Of a stretch of 64,000 nt of DNA, positions 1-13,365 are shown one piece after another. The notes beneath the pieces were generated by a model. It saw only the letters and a program-made list of their open reading frames with translations. It ran no database searches and had not been told where the DNA came from. Position 1 is the first letter of the stretch. The number at the start of each line of letters is the position of its first letter. The translations under genes and the position numbers were made by a program. The stretch spans positions 3,641,158-3,705,157 of the forward strand of contig BDGG01000003.1 in the NCBI GenBank assembly GCA_001949185.1, given 5' to 3'. The DNA comes from Ramazzottius varieornatus. Its lineage: Eukaryota > Animalia > Tardigrada.

Positions 1-1167
1 GTTCGTCTCATCGGTGGACTTCATAGAGCACACAGGAAAAACGCACAGAAGGTATTGTGGAACTTCCGTCGTTCAAAGTTCTAATGTGGGCCCGATCGAT
101 CTCTTCGGTAAACGGGCTCGTTCGTCTGAGACTTCTTTCCGCTTTGTGACTTATCTCATGGCAGGGTTCCCTGTAAGGTGTTTGGATGTCAGAATATCGC
201 TGCATTAATGTATGCGAAACTTAAAAGCGACAGCCAGAAATGATGCATCACGGGCTCGTTGACAGTTCCTGTTCGAGGATAAACTCAAATAGCCATCTTC
301 TGCATGATATTATGCAAAACCGTTTTCGACAGTTCTTGGACCGACGCGTCTAAATTTGCAAATTATTCACTCATGTAAACAGTTTCTTCTGTATGGTGTT
401 CGACCTTACAGAGTGACAAAAAAGAGTTATGCGTCTAAATTTCCTGCCTGTTTTTCTCCGTAGCAGTGTTCACATTTGGTACATAGATAGACAGTCTGGT
501 ACTTTCCTGTCCGTGAATAGTATAAACTGTATTGAACGCCGTTCAACCATGAGTTTGCTAATTATTTATCTAAGGTATGAAACGATATTGAATTTCGAAG
601 TTATTAATTACAGTTATATGCAGGTGGACAGTCACTAACTTAGAAATAAGTACGTCATAGGGTCTTCGGGGTCTTTTGAGTTTCATTCCGCCTCATGTGA
701 CTAATTTTTCCGCCTCACGTGACTGACTACCAATTTTTGTCTAATTGCCAGAGGCTAAAGAGTTCTCCACTGTATAAGCTCGCCGTAGGTCCATCAGCTG
801 TAAACCGTGACTTCACTTCGCACCTTACTCTTATTCAATCTTCTTCTGACACAAAGCGTAGAGTGCCTTAGCAGAACCGGATCTTGACTGATTGCTCATA
901 GAAAAAATCTGTTTCTTTTTCAATTCTAACGTCCTTCTCCGTGTTGAAAGTCGTTACAGAATTATCCGTCGGATTAGCTGATCGTGAATTAGGTTTTGAT
1001 AAAACAGTGTGTCGAAAGGGGTTTTGATCTGCATAAAGAACGCTCCATCTTTGTGGCTACCTTGACTGAGTTCTTTGGGGCTTATATTCCGCCGAAGCTT
1101 GCTGAACCTGGATGATTGGAAGATGAAGCCCAGGAGTCTCTCAGTGTATCTCTCGCTACATCGGATT

Positions 1168-3903
1168 ATGTCCGCTGTTTTATTTATTATTTTGGGTTCG
1201 TCACCGTTCTTCTATCAGATCTTACCGAATTCTTCCCTCGAGCTTTTGGAGTGTGATATAATTACGTGATTGATTTTCGAAGTCGTGTGTGTGTGTCTGC
1301 AGGAATGTTTTCCAGATGTAGTGCGCAGCTATCCCCGAAGCCCTGCCTGCCAGCTGCGCGAGCCAGCGGTGAAACCGCCTGTCTCCGACACACAAACGAT
1401 CTCTTGTTCAACGAGACAAAGTTCTTCTTCGGGAGAGACCTGGATGCGCTATGCGACAACTCCTCCGTAAATAATCCTGACGATCTGAATTGTTTTGTTG
1501 ACGATGGACCTACGAGACGGTATTCGCTAGCGAGCCGACTGTTCTCCAACATACTCAAGCCAGAATCGGTGGACCGTTTCATGACAGTCACGTTTTCCAC
1601 TGGCGCAGGTGAGCACAGCGTCGAAATGAACGAACGGTGTTCTTTCTAGGTCTCTAAAGCGCGAAGTAGGTCGATTGTGTTTTCTGACGGCTTCGAGTGT
1701 TCTTGACGCTCTTAATCTGTATGTGGGAGGGTGGACAACATGCTGGTGAGGTTCATCACGCACCTGCATACATGCGCGTCATTTAGTTAGACTGGTGTAT
1801 GCAAGTGAAAGCAAAGAGCTTTCTGTTCTGACAAACCGGAAGCTCCTAGCCTGACTTTGTACGGAATACTGTCTAGTGTTTTATTTCTTCTTCAGGAAGG
1901 TATAGGGCGTGTGGAGCGGAAGGTTTTCCCATTGAGGAGAGCACGATCGACGTTAATCCCGACATGGACCCAGCGTCGGCTGTCTACTTGCGTACCCCAA
2001 AATTTGACATGCGTGCCGACCGCAACGTCTTTTACACTATAGTCATAATGGACGCTACTTATGGCTATATTCATGGCTTATTTGTTGACTTTCCGACGCC
2101 TCGGGTACGCCATTCTCTTATGCGTTCTAATGCAGGTCAACGAGAGACTCTTCGTAACAGTTCGTAGGTATTGTTCCTAGGCCGTGATGTGACGCTTTAC
2201 ACTTTTATTTTGCAGGCTGTGATTCCGTATATTCCACCGCTCAACTTTCGAAACATCACCAATACGTTCGTGTTTGTTGTTTACGCCCAGGTACTATTCA
2301 CGGTCGTCCACGATATCTCGCCGGTATAATCTTTCATTATGTGTTCGATTTTTTTCGATTGAAAATAGCCGGAGCGCGACATGATGTTGGAGCCTCGAAC
2401 ACTCGGCGTAATGAAGACGCCGGCGTTGGCAAAGCAGTTTAGGCTCAATGACTTCGCCACGGACCACGGACTTGTCGGTATCATTCGAGTTCTTGGTCAA
2501 CCCTCTGGCAATGAGTCTCATTCCAGCAGAGACAACGTAGACCTCAACTGTTTGAATTTCTAGGCCCCGTGGCGATAAACTGGATGGATGTGAAGAGCGA
2601 TCCGTGGGCGGTACAGCAAGTGGCGGACCGATCGGGCGGTAGCGACAACTACTGCATTATGTTCGTCATGGAAGGTAGTAATATTAGCTCTAGTTCGGTT
2701 TTTCATTAGGAAAAGAGTGTTCAATCAAACTTATTCGCTCTTGACCCTTTCGAATTTTCAGCTTTCCGAAAGGCCGACTTTCAGTTCCTGTCCAATAACT
2801 TCTCCACACTGGATACTGTTCTGGATATCACCTTCCCTCATCCAGCCGCCAAATTTACAGTTTGCTGCCAGCGATACTCGTTGAAGTAAGGACAATTTGC
2901 AGTTCAAGCTCTCTCTGAAGGAACCCAATGTTGATATATTGAATATTGAATATATGGAATTCTTCTTTTGAATATAGTGCGTCCGTTTTGTCTCTTAACC
3001 CCGTTATCAACCAAACAACGGACAACGAGATTTTACGGACGGAGCCGACATTCATTGCTAACAGCACCGCACTTCGCATATCGAATGCATGTAAGCTCCC
3101 AACCGAATGATAAACGGGACGTGAGCAAATGATCTGAATTTGATCGTCGCACCAAGTGGCGCATACCTGCAGCCAGTAGCAATAAATACATTCGCCACTT
3201 GTGATAACAGTAGTGTTTAGTTCCTTTGTCCACATCCCAAATCTATACCCGGAGTTCTTATGATTTTGTTATTGCAGCACGGACATACACGGTTCTCGCA
3301 GTTTCAAACAAGAACACTGAGATTGAGATCAGCTCTCCAAGAAGACCGTATCTCGTTTGGATGGTCGTCAACATCCCCGAAGAGAAGCTGGCAACTCTTC
3401 ACGATGACCATTCGAAGGCCTTCGTGCCTTACAAGCTACCTAGTTTCTCACTGAACGCCAACCCAAAGTTCGTCGCTCAACGACGAGTCTACTACATGCT
3501 CTTCGAACAGTCCAGCCCGATCGACACTTCGACCGTCGATGACCTGGCCTTGTCCAACTCTTCGGTGTGCTCAGCGAGCTCTCCCTTCAAAGGTCGGTGC
3601 AAGTTTGACGTGCAGAAGTTCATATCGGACAACCGTATGACACTACGTGGAATCAATTGGATAACCGCCGTCAAGGAATCGCTGACCAAGTTCAACATGG
3701 TCAAGACTGGCGAACCGGAAGATGGCGTGTGTAGAGACGAGCCGCTGTACTCGCGACCCTGTCCGGCAGACAACAAGCCAACGGTGGCTCCACGTCCTGC
3801 CGGCAGATCGGCAGGAGCTTCGGCTAAATCTGGCAGCTACATCACCGTTGTTTTAGCTTTGTGCTTTTCGTTTTTTTCGCTGCTTTTGAGAAGTTTCCAG
3901 TAA
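1168..3903 (+). CDS. Secreted, probably GPI-anchored protein with two divergent PEBP-like domains (multi-exon)
   Basis: Splicing gives an N-terminal signal peptide, MSAVLFIILG|MFSRCSAQ. There are two PEBP-like blocks (FYTIVIMD..YIHGLFVDFP..IPYIPP..FVFVVYAQ and YTVLAV..YLVWMVVNIP..YYMLFEQ..FDVQKF) and a hydrophobic C-terminal tail. Confidence 0.65.
1761..1807. repeat. Spaced palindrome family B, PEBP-like gene intron
   Basis: CACCTGCATACA-N23-TGTATGCAAGTG. Confidence 0.65.
3116..3238. repeat. 123-bp intronic palindrome family A, copy in PEBP-like gene
   Basis: GGGACGTGAGCAAATG...CAAGTGGCGCAT-N25-ATTCGCCACTTG...TTTGTCCACATCCC. Confidence 0.85.
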
Positions 3904-4048
3904 CGTATCCGGTTTGAAAAATCAAACGAACTATTGTCGACAGATTTAGATCTCATATTAGCGTGACATACCGACCCAAGTTTGGACAGCTGTTATTTAC
4001 CATTCGTGACACAAAGTTGGCTTCAGTCAAGAGATATCTGATATTAGT

Positions 4049-4544
4049 CTAACCGTAATATGGGAATCCATAACCGAGGCCGTAAGCGGAAGTGCGAGCA
4101 GTCCAGTCGTTCAGGCTGTCACCATACGCAATGCCGCCGTATCCCATTCCTCCATATCCCAATCCTCCCATACCTCCATAAAATGAAGGATACGTGGCGT
4201 ACGGACTGTAGCCCATTCCACCCATCCCATATCCTCCATAGCCACCATACCCGCCGTAGCCTCCCGTTCCGAAGCCTCCGTATCCAAAGCCTGGTCGGTA
4301 CATGGAGAATTCTGGCAAGCCAGCTAATGGGGAGAACCCTCTCCCGTACATAAACGTTGCTTCTGAAAATATAGCATGTTTCGACAGTCGATCACCGCTC
4401 ACGCTTTCGACATGGTTCTGAGCGGGATGGACAGAAGAAAGTTGTACCTGTTGTTTTATCGGCGAAGGAAAGGAAAATTACCAGTAGCACCCGGCAGAAC
4501 GGGAACTTCCACGTATTCTTGGTTGATCCTTTAGCCGAAACCAT
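4049..4544 (-). CDS. Small secreted Gly/Tyr-rich protein (GYGG repeats), 2 exons
   Basis: Exon 1 reads MVSAKGSTKNTWKFPFCRVLLVIFLSFADKTT and ends at a GT donor near 4448. It joins EATFMYGRG...GYGGYGGYGG...YYG* in ORF 4049-4402. Confidence 0.7.
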
Positions 4545-5129
4545 ATTAGCTTTAACGGTCGCTTCACTCCATTATCGAAACTATCGCGATGGGGACACAA
4601 GAAATGTACCATACCACGGCGATTTCGAAAAGTTCAGTGATTTTCAAAGATTTCTTGTACAAGCGAAGTCTATGATATGCGGTTATGCGCTTTTGAAGTT
4701 TGCAGCCTGTTCTCGTATCGGATTTCCGGTCATGCGAAAGATCGGCCGCAACTGTGTTACAAAAATATTTTTAGAAACCCGACGACGGACAAGAAAGTGC
4801 GGTTGAAGCAATCGTCTCTATCCGAAGCCGTGCGATGGACCAGAACAACGCTCACCACCAGATAGAAAGCTACGGCCCAGGCTTTACTTCCGGGTAGAAA
4901 TGACCCACCGCCGTGTGGCGCCGTCTGGGGTAACCCCACTGCGTGACGTCATACTTGTTGCATTGCGGTCAGCTGATCGGAATTTAATTCCATTATTTTC
5001 GAATTTCGATTGATTTCGAATTTTTCATCACTTTAGTCTTCCGTACGGTTATCAGCTAAAAGGCATCTCCTCCCTTCGTTAGGGCCATCGTCTTTCTGAG
5101 AGCGAGCAGAACCGGTAGGTGTCTCACCA

Positions 5130-7627
5130 ATGATTGCCCTTCAAAGGCTTTCCTATTTGCAGCACAAGATCTATTCCACTCCCGTTCGACATCTAGCACG
5201 GATGGCACAGTCTACTCAAAACCTCCTCATCTCGCAACCGGAGTACACTTGGCTGAAGGATTTGGGCTTATCCGAAAACAATGCTGGAGTCTTCGACGGC
5301 CAATGGAGGACAACGGGATCGGTGATTCAGTCGCTCAACCCGAGCAACAACAAAGTGATCGCAAACGTCTCTGTCGGATCAGAGAAGGACTACCATTCGG
5401 CTGCAAAGGCTTCAGTGGAGGCTTATCATCTTTGGAAATTCATCCCAGCACCCAAGCGAGGCGAGATCGTCCGACAGATTGGCGATGAGCTGCGGAAGAA
5501 GCGAGATAACTTGGGCAAGCTGATCTCGCTGGAAATGGGCAAGATCGTCGCGGAAGGCATCGGCGAGGTCCAGGAATACATCGACATTTGCGATTACGCC
5601 GTCGGCCTCTCCAGGTAACTTGTCAGTGTGGTCCAACGTACAACATGAAAGCTTGAAATTTCGTGAATTGCTCTTGATTGATTTTACTAATCCATTTACA
5701 GAATGTTCGATGGAAAAGTACTTCCTTCAGAACGCGACGGCCACGTCCTTCTTGAAACATGGAATCCTCTCGGCTGCATTGGTATCATTTCAGCGTTCAA
5801 CTTCCCCATGGCCGTCTTTGGTTGGAACAATGCCATCGCCTTAATCTGCGGTAAGAATCTCTTGTGAAGAATACGTGAGAAAGATGTTTGGGACGTGGGA
5901 AAATGGCTTGAACCAGATTGTTTTCCTAAGTAGCGCTCGTTTTTAGTCTTATTAGCTGAGTGCGTGCGCCACTTGGGAAAACGATTTGGTTGAACTCATT
6001 TGCCCACGCCCCATTGATTGTTTAGAATTCTCAAACTTACTCAGTTCGATGTTGTGGTCAGGTGATTCGATGGTATGGAAGCCTAGTCCAACAACTCCTC
6101 TCTGTGGCATCGCCATCCAGAAGGTCCTTCAAACGGTCTTCGAGAAGAACAATCTACCACCGGCGCTGTGTACGCTGGTATGCGGGGACGCCGATGTGGG
6201 TATTGCCATGTCAAAGGACCAGAACCTGCCTTTGGTGTCCTTTACTGGAAGCACACAAGTGGGATTGAAGGTGGCTACCGAAGTCCAGAATAGATTCGGG
6301 AAACCTCTGCTGGAGCTCGGAGGCAACAACGCCGTCGTGGTCGCGGAAGACGCCGACCTCAACATGGTCATTCCTTCGGTCGTCTTTGGATCCATCGGAA
6401 CGGCTGGACAACGGTACGCGAAACTTCCTGTTTTATCCAACCACCTGCTTGAGAAGCTTTATAAGTGTGTATAAGTGATATGTTTGTGTCAGTTTGAACT
6501 CTGATTTGAAAACTTTATCTAACAAAAACTGTGAATTAGACGAGCAAATATGGGAAGGCGACATGGACCTGCGTACATCTGTTTAGGATTAAAGTAGGGT
6601 ATTCCGTATGCAAGGGCACAAGACTTGGTTAAATTCTCTGGCTGACTTTTGAATAATGGAAAAATGTGAACGAAAGTTACTACATCTTGTTTTACAATGG
6701 TTCAAAGGGTTATAAGCTATCTGCTTTGTTTCAGATGTACGACCATTCGTCGTATCTTCATCCACGAGTCCCTGTACGACGAGACCTTGGGAAGGCTGAT
6801 GAAAGCTTACTCGCAGGTTCCAGCCAGAATGGGCGACCCGATGGACACACAAACGTTGTACGGACCCATGCACTCCAAGGTCGGAGTGGAGTCCTACAAG
6901 AAGACCCTTCGAGAAGTTGGCGAACAGGGCGGAAAGATCGTCTTTGGAGGAAACGTCCTGGAACGAGAGGGCAATTACGTCGAACCAACTATCGTCACTG
7001 GTTTGAAACACGACGCGGAAGTAGTGCTGAAAGAAACCTTTGCGCCAATCTTGTTTGTCATCCAGTATAAAGATATCGAGGAAGCTTTCGAATGGAATAA
7101 CGAAGTCATGCAGGGCCTTTCCAGCAGGTACAACCGAATGTGGAAAGTGGGCAAATGTATTGAATCAGATTGTTACCTCAAGTGGCGCAAGTGTCCACTG
7201 TACCTGGCTGAAGGTATGCGCCACGTGGGGAAACGATCTGGTTCAGATCGTTTGACTACGTCTCAGGATGTACTTTATGACAAGGCAGTCAGATCCGCTA
7301 ACGTGTTTTTGTTTGCAGTATTTTCACCCAGAATCTGGGGACGATGTGGAAATGGCTCGGCGCGGGAGGTGAATTTATCTTCTTGCGTTGTTAGAATTCT
7401 TGAGTTTCATTTCCTTTTGCATTGCAGGAAGCGACTGTGGTATCGTGAACGTGAATACGTCCACGTCGGGGGCGGAGATCGGAGGAGCTTTCGGCGGCAA
7501 CAAGCATACCGGTGGAGGTCGTGAAAGCGGAAGTGACTCGTGGAAGCAGTACATGCGTCGCGCCACATGTACCATCAACTACAGCAAAAACTTACCGCTT
7601 GCTCAAGGCTTAAAGTTTGACTTTTAA
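5130..7627 (+). CDS. ALDH7A1: Aldehyde dehydrogenase 7A1 (antiquitin)
   Basis: Motifs [54 protein letters not shown] and [17 protein letters not shown] are present, and the exons join in frame. Confidence 0.97.
5890..6012. repeat. Family A palindrome, ALDH7A1 intron 2
   Basis: GGGACGTGGGAAAATG...TAAGTAGCGCTC-N25-GTGCGCCACTTG...CATTTGCCCACGCCCC. Confidence 0.9.
6566..6616. repeat. Family B, ALDH7A1 intron 3
   Basis: GACCTGCGTACA-N27-CGTATGCAAGGG. Confidence 0.55.
7142..7264. repeat. Family A palindrome, ALDH7A1 intron 4
   Basis: Cores at 7179-7190 and 7216-7227, with a 25-bp spacer. Confidence 0.88.
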
Positions 7628-7804
7628 ACTAAATCAACGTCAAAGTTTCCTACTTCCAGTTTTAAACCTCTTGCCTGGTCATTTTGTTTGCTCCATGAAG
7701 TTTTAATGTTTTTTAACCAATGTTTATTTGCCGTTCAGCTAACTTTCATCGTTTTACGGTCTTCTGTGATGTTTTCGTTTTACATTGTACGCTTCCTTGT
7801 TCCA

Positions 7805-7856
7805 ACAAGAAATACACAGAATTGTGATAAACAAGAAATACACAGAATTGTGATAA
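7805..7856. repeat. Perfect 26-bp tandem duplication
   Basis: ACAAGAAATACACAGAATTGTGATAA occurs twice, between the convergent 3' ends of ALDH7A1 and TMX3. Confidence 0.9.
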
Positions 7857-7987
7857 AAAGGGAACAAAAAGCAATCACCGCAATCAAAGGACTAGATAAA
7901 TTCACGCACGGTGAAATCAACAACTATAGGAACTTCTCGAAGGAGCAATGCGTACGTACTAGTTGAGAATGCCAGCGTGGCAGGGAA

Positions 7988-9940
7988 TTAATCCTCCTTT
8001 TCATGGTCGCTGTCATCATCGTCAGGATCCTCTTTGGCTTCGGTACAGTCGTTAGTGTACATCATGACGATTATGATGGTTAGGATACCAAGAGGAAGGC
8101 CGAAAAGGATGGATGACAATATAGGTTGAGTCGAAAACATTTTCTGTTCGAAACAAATAACAATAGGCCATTGTATAAAAATCGTTCGAATAATTTTTTC
8201 CGCAACAACGACTTACATGGAAATACGCAGCTATGCCGTAAACGAAACGGTAAGCCTTCCTGAACCAACCCTTTCCACCGGATCCCTGTAACAGGAACGA
8301 CCGTCAAACGGTAAAGTCCACATGCCGCAGAAACGAACTGACCCCTTTGACTTTGTAAGGTTAACAGAAGGGGAACTTACCCGAACACTTCCGGCCAGAA
8401 TGCCGTCCAGAAAATCTCGTAAAGACTGTGTGGTAACCGTGCTTGGTGTCTCGCTCGACACATAGTACACTTCCTTCACTGGGTCGTATACGACCACCGA
8501 CGGTACCGAGATCCATTCCGAGAAGACGTGGTTGACAATCTCGTTCCCGTCGACGTACCCGAAACTGCACAAATAAGAAAATCGTCTTAAGCGTTAACCA
8601 CGCAAAAGATAGAAGAAGTCTCCTGGAAGGTTTTCCTACCCGAAGTTGTCGTAGTACTGCTCTCGGTCACTAATCGAGATGGTCTTCAGCACATCGAAGA
8701 AACGCTTGGACTCCTCGTTCATCGTATTCCGATAAGGAGCCAGGTCGACCACAGCGATTGCGACCATCTTCTTCATTTCGACCAACTGGTAAAAGTTTCC
8801 ACCGGTAATTTTGACGAACCCGGGCAAGCGTTCTTGCTTGACCCATTCCTTCACGGACTTTTTGCCGTCATATATGAAGTACTTGCCGTCTTTATAAACT
8901 GCGATGGTGGTCCATCCTTGTAGCGGAATATTCTGCATCAAAGAAAACCAACAGTATTATGATTTCATGTTACTCTGACGCGGTACAGGGTAAAGATTAT
9001 AGCTTCACAGACCCCGGTGGCAAGTCTAGTGTCAGTCTCGTAAAAGTACAACGAAGTCAGCAGCTCCTCCGCCACTTCCTGGTACTCTTTCCGCTGGTCT
9101 CCACTGCTCTTTTCACCTTCGATGATTATGAAAAAAACATTGTTCTTGGCTTCGGCAGCTCGAAGATCCTGTAATGCCGATATTCTTCTGACTGCAGGCC
9201 TACTCAAACGCAAGAAGGACATGCTTAAAACGAACTATTAGACGCTATATCTCCAGCTAGGTAATCTTACCCGATCGCCTTGTGGGCGAACTCTTCTATG
9301 TCTTCGCGCGTTCTTTCTCCTTCATAACTGTAAATCTGGTCGCCTTGTATACTGCAACGCAACCAGAAACACTGTGTCCAAGACGGATGGATAACTTATA
9401 GAGGAACAGGGTAAAACTGGACTCATTACTATTTAATGGTCGGAAATCCTTTCACGTGGAACTCCGCTGCGCTCTTTGTTGACTTTGTGGCATCGATTTT
9501 CCCGACACGCAGTCCTAATGTTGATTCTTGCTGATTGAAGGTCTGAGCAACCTGCTCCCACACAGGCTCGGTTTTATGACAATGATGGCACCACGGAGCA
9601 TAGAACTGCAATACGAAACTAGCGTGAATGAAAAACTCTGGAATAGTAGTTAACACAAATAACGGGTCCAAAGTACCGAAATGCCCGTACCATCACAAGC
9701 CATTTCGCGTCCTTTCTGTAGTCAATAAATCTGAAAGCAAACAACGCGTTTACGTGTCCAAACGGGAATACGGGTTAGGTTTGCGGAAAATCGACTGAAG
9801 AGCCCATATTTATGCCATATCACTACTGTATCAAGTAAATCTTTTATATACCTATCGTCCAGCTCGTATGACACTTTGAAAGCGCCGACTCCCGTTACAA
9901 ACAGCCCAAAGTTCCAGATAAAGAGAGGAAGGGCAAGCAT
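7988..9940 (-). CDS. TMX3: Thioredoxin-related transmembrane protein 3 (PDI family)
   Basis: Signal peptide, VSYELDD, FYAPWCHHC thioredoxin site and KGFPTIK, then two non-catalytic TRX domains, a C-terminal TM segment and an acidic tail ending HEKED*. Confidence 0.85.
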
Positions 9941-10467
9941 GCTGATGATGTTGAAGTTCCAGAATTACGGCTAAGGAGCCAAGGAGGGTAGAACCACAAA
10001 GTAAGAACCCGTCGATCTGCTCACTCCAGCTGAGTTGCTGACTAGAAATCCATTTTGCCGGTGTACATTAACGAGCCGCTCGAGAGGACCGTCCTCTACC
10101 ACTGCCCTTGCGCCTGTTCTCCTGTTCTCCAGGAACACAGCAAATATGAAGGTGTCTTTCGAATTGGGAGTTGGGAACTTGTCAACTTGAGAGGCAAGAA
10201 AAGTGGAAAACAAAATCTCGAATAAAGCAAAGCGGAGAACGGCTGATCAAGCCATTGGACAATCAAAACGACGGCAGCGGATGACGTCAGTTTGTTGTGA
10301 GATTCAGGTGGAGTTGATTGTCTGACGGTTATTCGGTTGATTGACGGTAGACCGAGGTGACCGCATATTTTCCGGAATCTTTCGTCTTCGACTCTTCGTC
10401 CTTCAGAAGTGTGAACTGCTTGCTTTCATCAGAGACGCTTTACTTGTCAGATAGACTTGGAGAGATC

Positions 10468-12895
10468 ATGGCGGTATCCGTAGAGCGTCTGCCAATTGAC
10501 CGGAGCCTGCTGAACCCTATGTTTGAAGGGTACAAGTTGTCGTTTGACGAGATCGGGACTGACGACGCGAAAACGCTATCAGGTAAGTTTGAATGGGACT
10601 TTCCGCAAAAATCACGCGAGACCCATTCCAGACTCCAGAGACGTGCCGGGGAAGTCACATGTGACTTGCAGTAAACTGGCGCTGAATTACAGGTGTACTG
10701 GGTGTCAAGTTGCCGGACGATCTATTCTCTTACCAACATACAGCGGCTTTCTCCAGCCACAACGCGCTCACGCTTGACCAGTGGTATCCTGACAATGTCT
10801 ACTACGTCAACAGAGACCTGGAATTCATTGGATGTCGTTCGCGAGACCAGGTGAGTAGGTCGTAGCAGGTTCGGATCAATCTAAGGGCCTCTTATGTATG
10901 AGCTCGGCAAGATTGACCTTGCAAATGGCGCATGGTTCTAGTGTTATAGACTGAACGCTTGCGCCACTTGAGAAAATCGGTTTTGTCGAGTTTGTTGGCT
11001 GAGCTCCCATGTTTTGGCAGAAGTTTCCTGTTATTGTAGGAGATCAATCGTTCGCATAACGCGCGCAAAGTAGCGCAGATTCCACGACCCAAAGAAACAC
11101 ACGACCGTCCGAGATCGAATATCTGCCTTAACTTCATAAGCCCGCAGCTTGCAGTCATCTCGGATGGGTTCGGGAAGCTACTCCTTGCAGCGACCTCCAA
11201 TCGGCAGAACGTCGTTGAAGAGGACAATCAGTGGAGACTGGACCAAGTCAACGGCTACGCTTGTCCGGATACGTGTGTCATTGTACATGCTTCCACGTGG
11301 AAGCGAGGAGACGAGTCCGTCATCGAAGTGATTGTCGTTCGTGTCGCTTCGGATGAGAAAGCTGAGAAGAGTGACACGAAAGACACAGAGCGATTCCGAA
11401 CCACTCTAGAATGGCTGACAATAGGTTCGATCAAAGATGGAAACTCTTCGTGGAGCGTGGAAAGAACGCGGACGCTGGAAGGAAAACGCGCACCTTACTA
11501 TGCGGCGATTACGAATAACGGACAAGCCATCGTAATATCACCGCAAATTTTTTTGAGTTCTAAATTTACTAGACGACTAATGGCTTTTTTGTGGCAGAGT
11601 ATTTGTGCGACGCAGGCTTTCCGCTTCATGTCAGACTCTGTCGTTCCAGTGGTAGCTTCAGACGGCGTCGCTTCCGAGCTTCCGGACTACACCTGGACTC
11701 AGACTGCCGAGAACGTCATAGTACACCTGTCATCGCCGTTTGAGGTGCAGAAGAGTGATGTTTCCTTTGAACTGTCTGGAAGTTCCATAACGATGGGCGT
11801 GACGAACGGCCGAATGTTTTTTCAAGGAGAACTGGGCGGAGAAGTCGATGTAGGACAGTCGAGCTGGACTGTCACCAATAACATGTAGGCTCTTGAAACT
11901 ATACTGTACATAGCCTACTGTAGACTTTCTGAAATCCACAAAGCGTGATGGTTCTTGTAGGGTGGAGATTGTTCTCAACAAGAATACTACAGAATCGTGG
12001 AAAGAGGTGATAAAAGGGGATGAACGGGGAAAGGAAATATCAGGCGACGAAGACTTCGCGCAGCGGGTGACCAGTGAGGACCTGGTATGTATTCGCTCCC
12101 TGCTTTCCTTCGAAATTCTCAGATGTTAACCATTATTCGAAAATAACGGACCTTCAAAACTTAGGTTGGCTCTGGAGACTTAGACACGTTCAACACAGAC
12201 CAGCTGGAAGAGTGCGATACCTCGTCGGAGGAAGTTGCGCTCTGGATAAGGGTTGACGGAAACTCGCACCTGATCACCCACAAAGTGAGTCTTCTTTGCT
12301 TCTACCTAGCAAACTTGTAGGAAAGAACCTTCTGTGCATTTTACAGGTTGATGTCTCCGGAAATGAGAACGTGTTTGGACCTGTAGTCCTCGACGCGGAC
12401 CAACCCGCTTGTCTCTGCTTGCGGCACAACGTCGATGGACTATTATTCCAGCCGGTGGAGCCAAAAAACTCTGAAGAGCATATTATAGTCCAGCACGTGC
12501 ACACGTTTGACGCTCTTGGTACGTGACTTGGTGTCGAAGTACCTAAGACCTAGTACCTACTGTTCCAGTACGTTATGTGTTTGTTCCACCAGAAGTATTT
12601 TCTCCTCTTAGGATATGTCATGGCTTCAAAAAGGGATAAGAAGTTCGCTTCCTGCCCGCCCAATGCATCTTTCGCTGCGTTATGTGACAACGAGAGGAAT
12701 ATCTTCATATACCGGAGTGATGTGTCAGTTGACTCTACTCTGAAGAACCGTAAAAGCGGAAAGATCATCAAGAAGGTCGCGAAGCAGCACATCGTCAGCT
12801 TGAAAGAACCGGGACCAATATTAGGGTTCGCTGTTAACGATTCCCATGTTTTCGTACTTAAATCCGATATTCTTTTCACCATAAAGCTGAAGTAA
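10468..12895 (+). CDS. NUDCD1: NudC domain-containing protein 1
   Basis: N-terminal LLNPMFEGYKLS, CS domain YTWTQTAENV, QLEECD, CLRHNVDGLLFQP and HTFDALGYVMASK. Confidence 0.93.
10885..11008. repeat. Family A palindrome, NUDCD1 intron
   Basis: Cores at 10922-10933 and 10959-10970, with a 25-bp spacer. Confidence 0.85.
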
Positions 12896-13025
12896 TTCAT
12901 ACTCGCTGCATATGAGTTTTTCGTTTGAAACGATCAATTTTATACTTTTTGGTTTGTTTATGATTTCGTCGGTGATAACTCTATGGATTGCACAGATCAG
13001 AGTCACATTGCACGCATCTCGCATG

Positions 13026-13077
13026 TACCTGCATACTACTGCATCACGGTGAGTGTACGACATAGTGTATGCGGGTT
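13026..13077. repeat. Family B, NUDCD1/TMEM63 3' intergenic region
   Basis: TACCTGCATACT-N28-TGTATGCGGGTT. Confidence 0.6.
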
Positions 13078-13365
13078 CTGGAATATCTGGTCTCCTTTGG
13101 TTACCGCCCTTTCGGAGAACGCAGGAAGGTCCACAGTGTCTCTCTTTATGTTTACAGAAGTCGGTACGTGCTTAAATCGCAAAAGGAATCAGAAAATCGC
13201 ACAATCATAGAAATTTCACTTCATCTCGCTCGTCATTGATGCAGAAGTTGGAAGAGATCGGTTAGTCAGTGGATGCATCATTTCATACTTTTGCAGTACT
13301 GGCGCTACGTAGTCAACAGGTTCTGCGACAGGATCGTAACCATCCTGAAAAGTGATCAAAACACA

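Noticed and set aside
686-725. Short tandem duplication TTCCGCCTCAYGTGACT x2
   Set aside because: Only two units. It is a local slippage event with no further structure.
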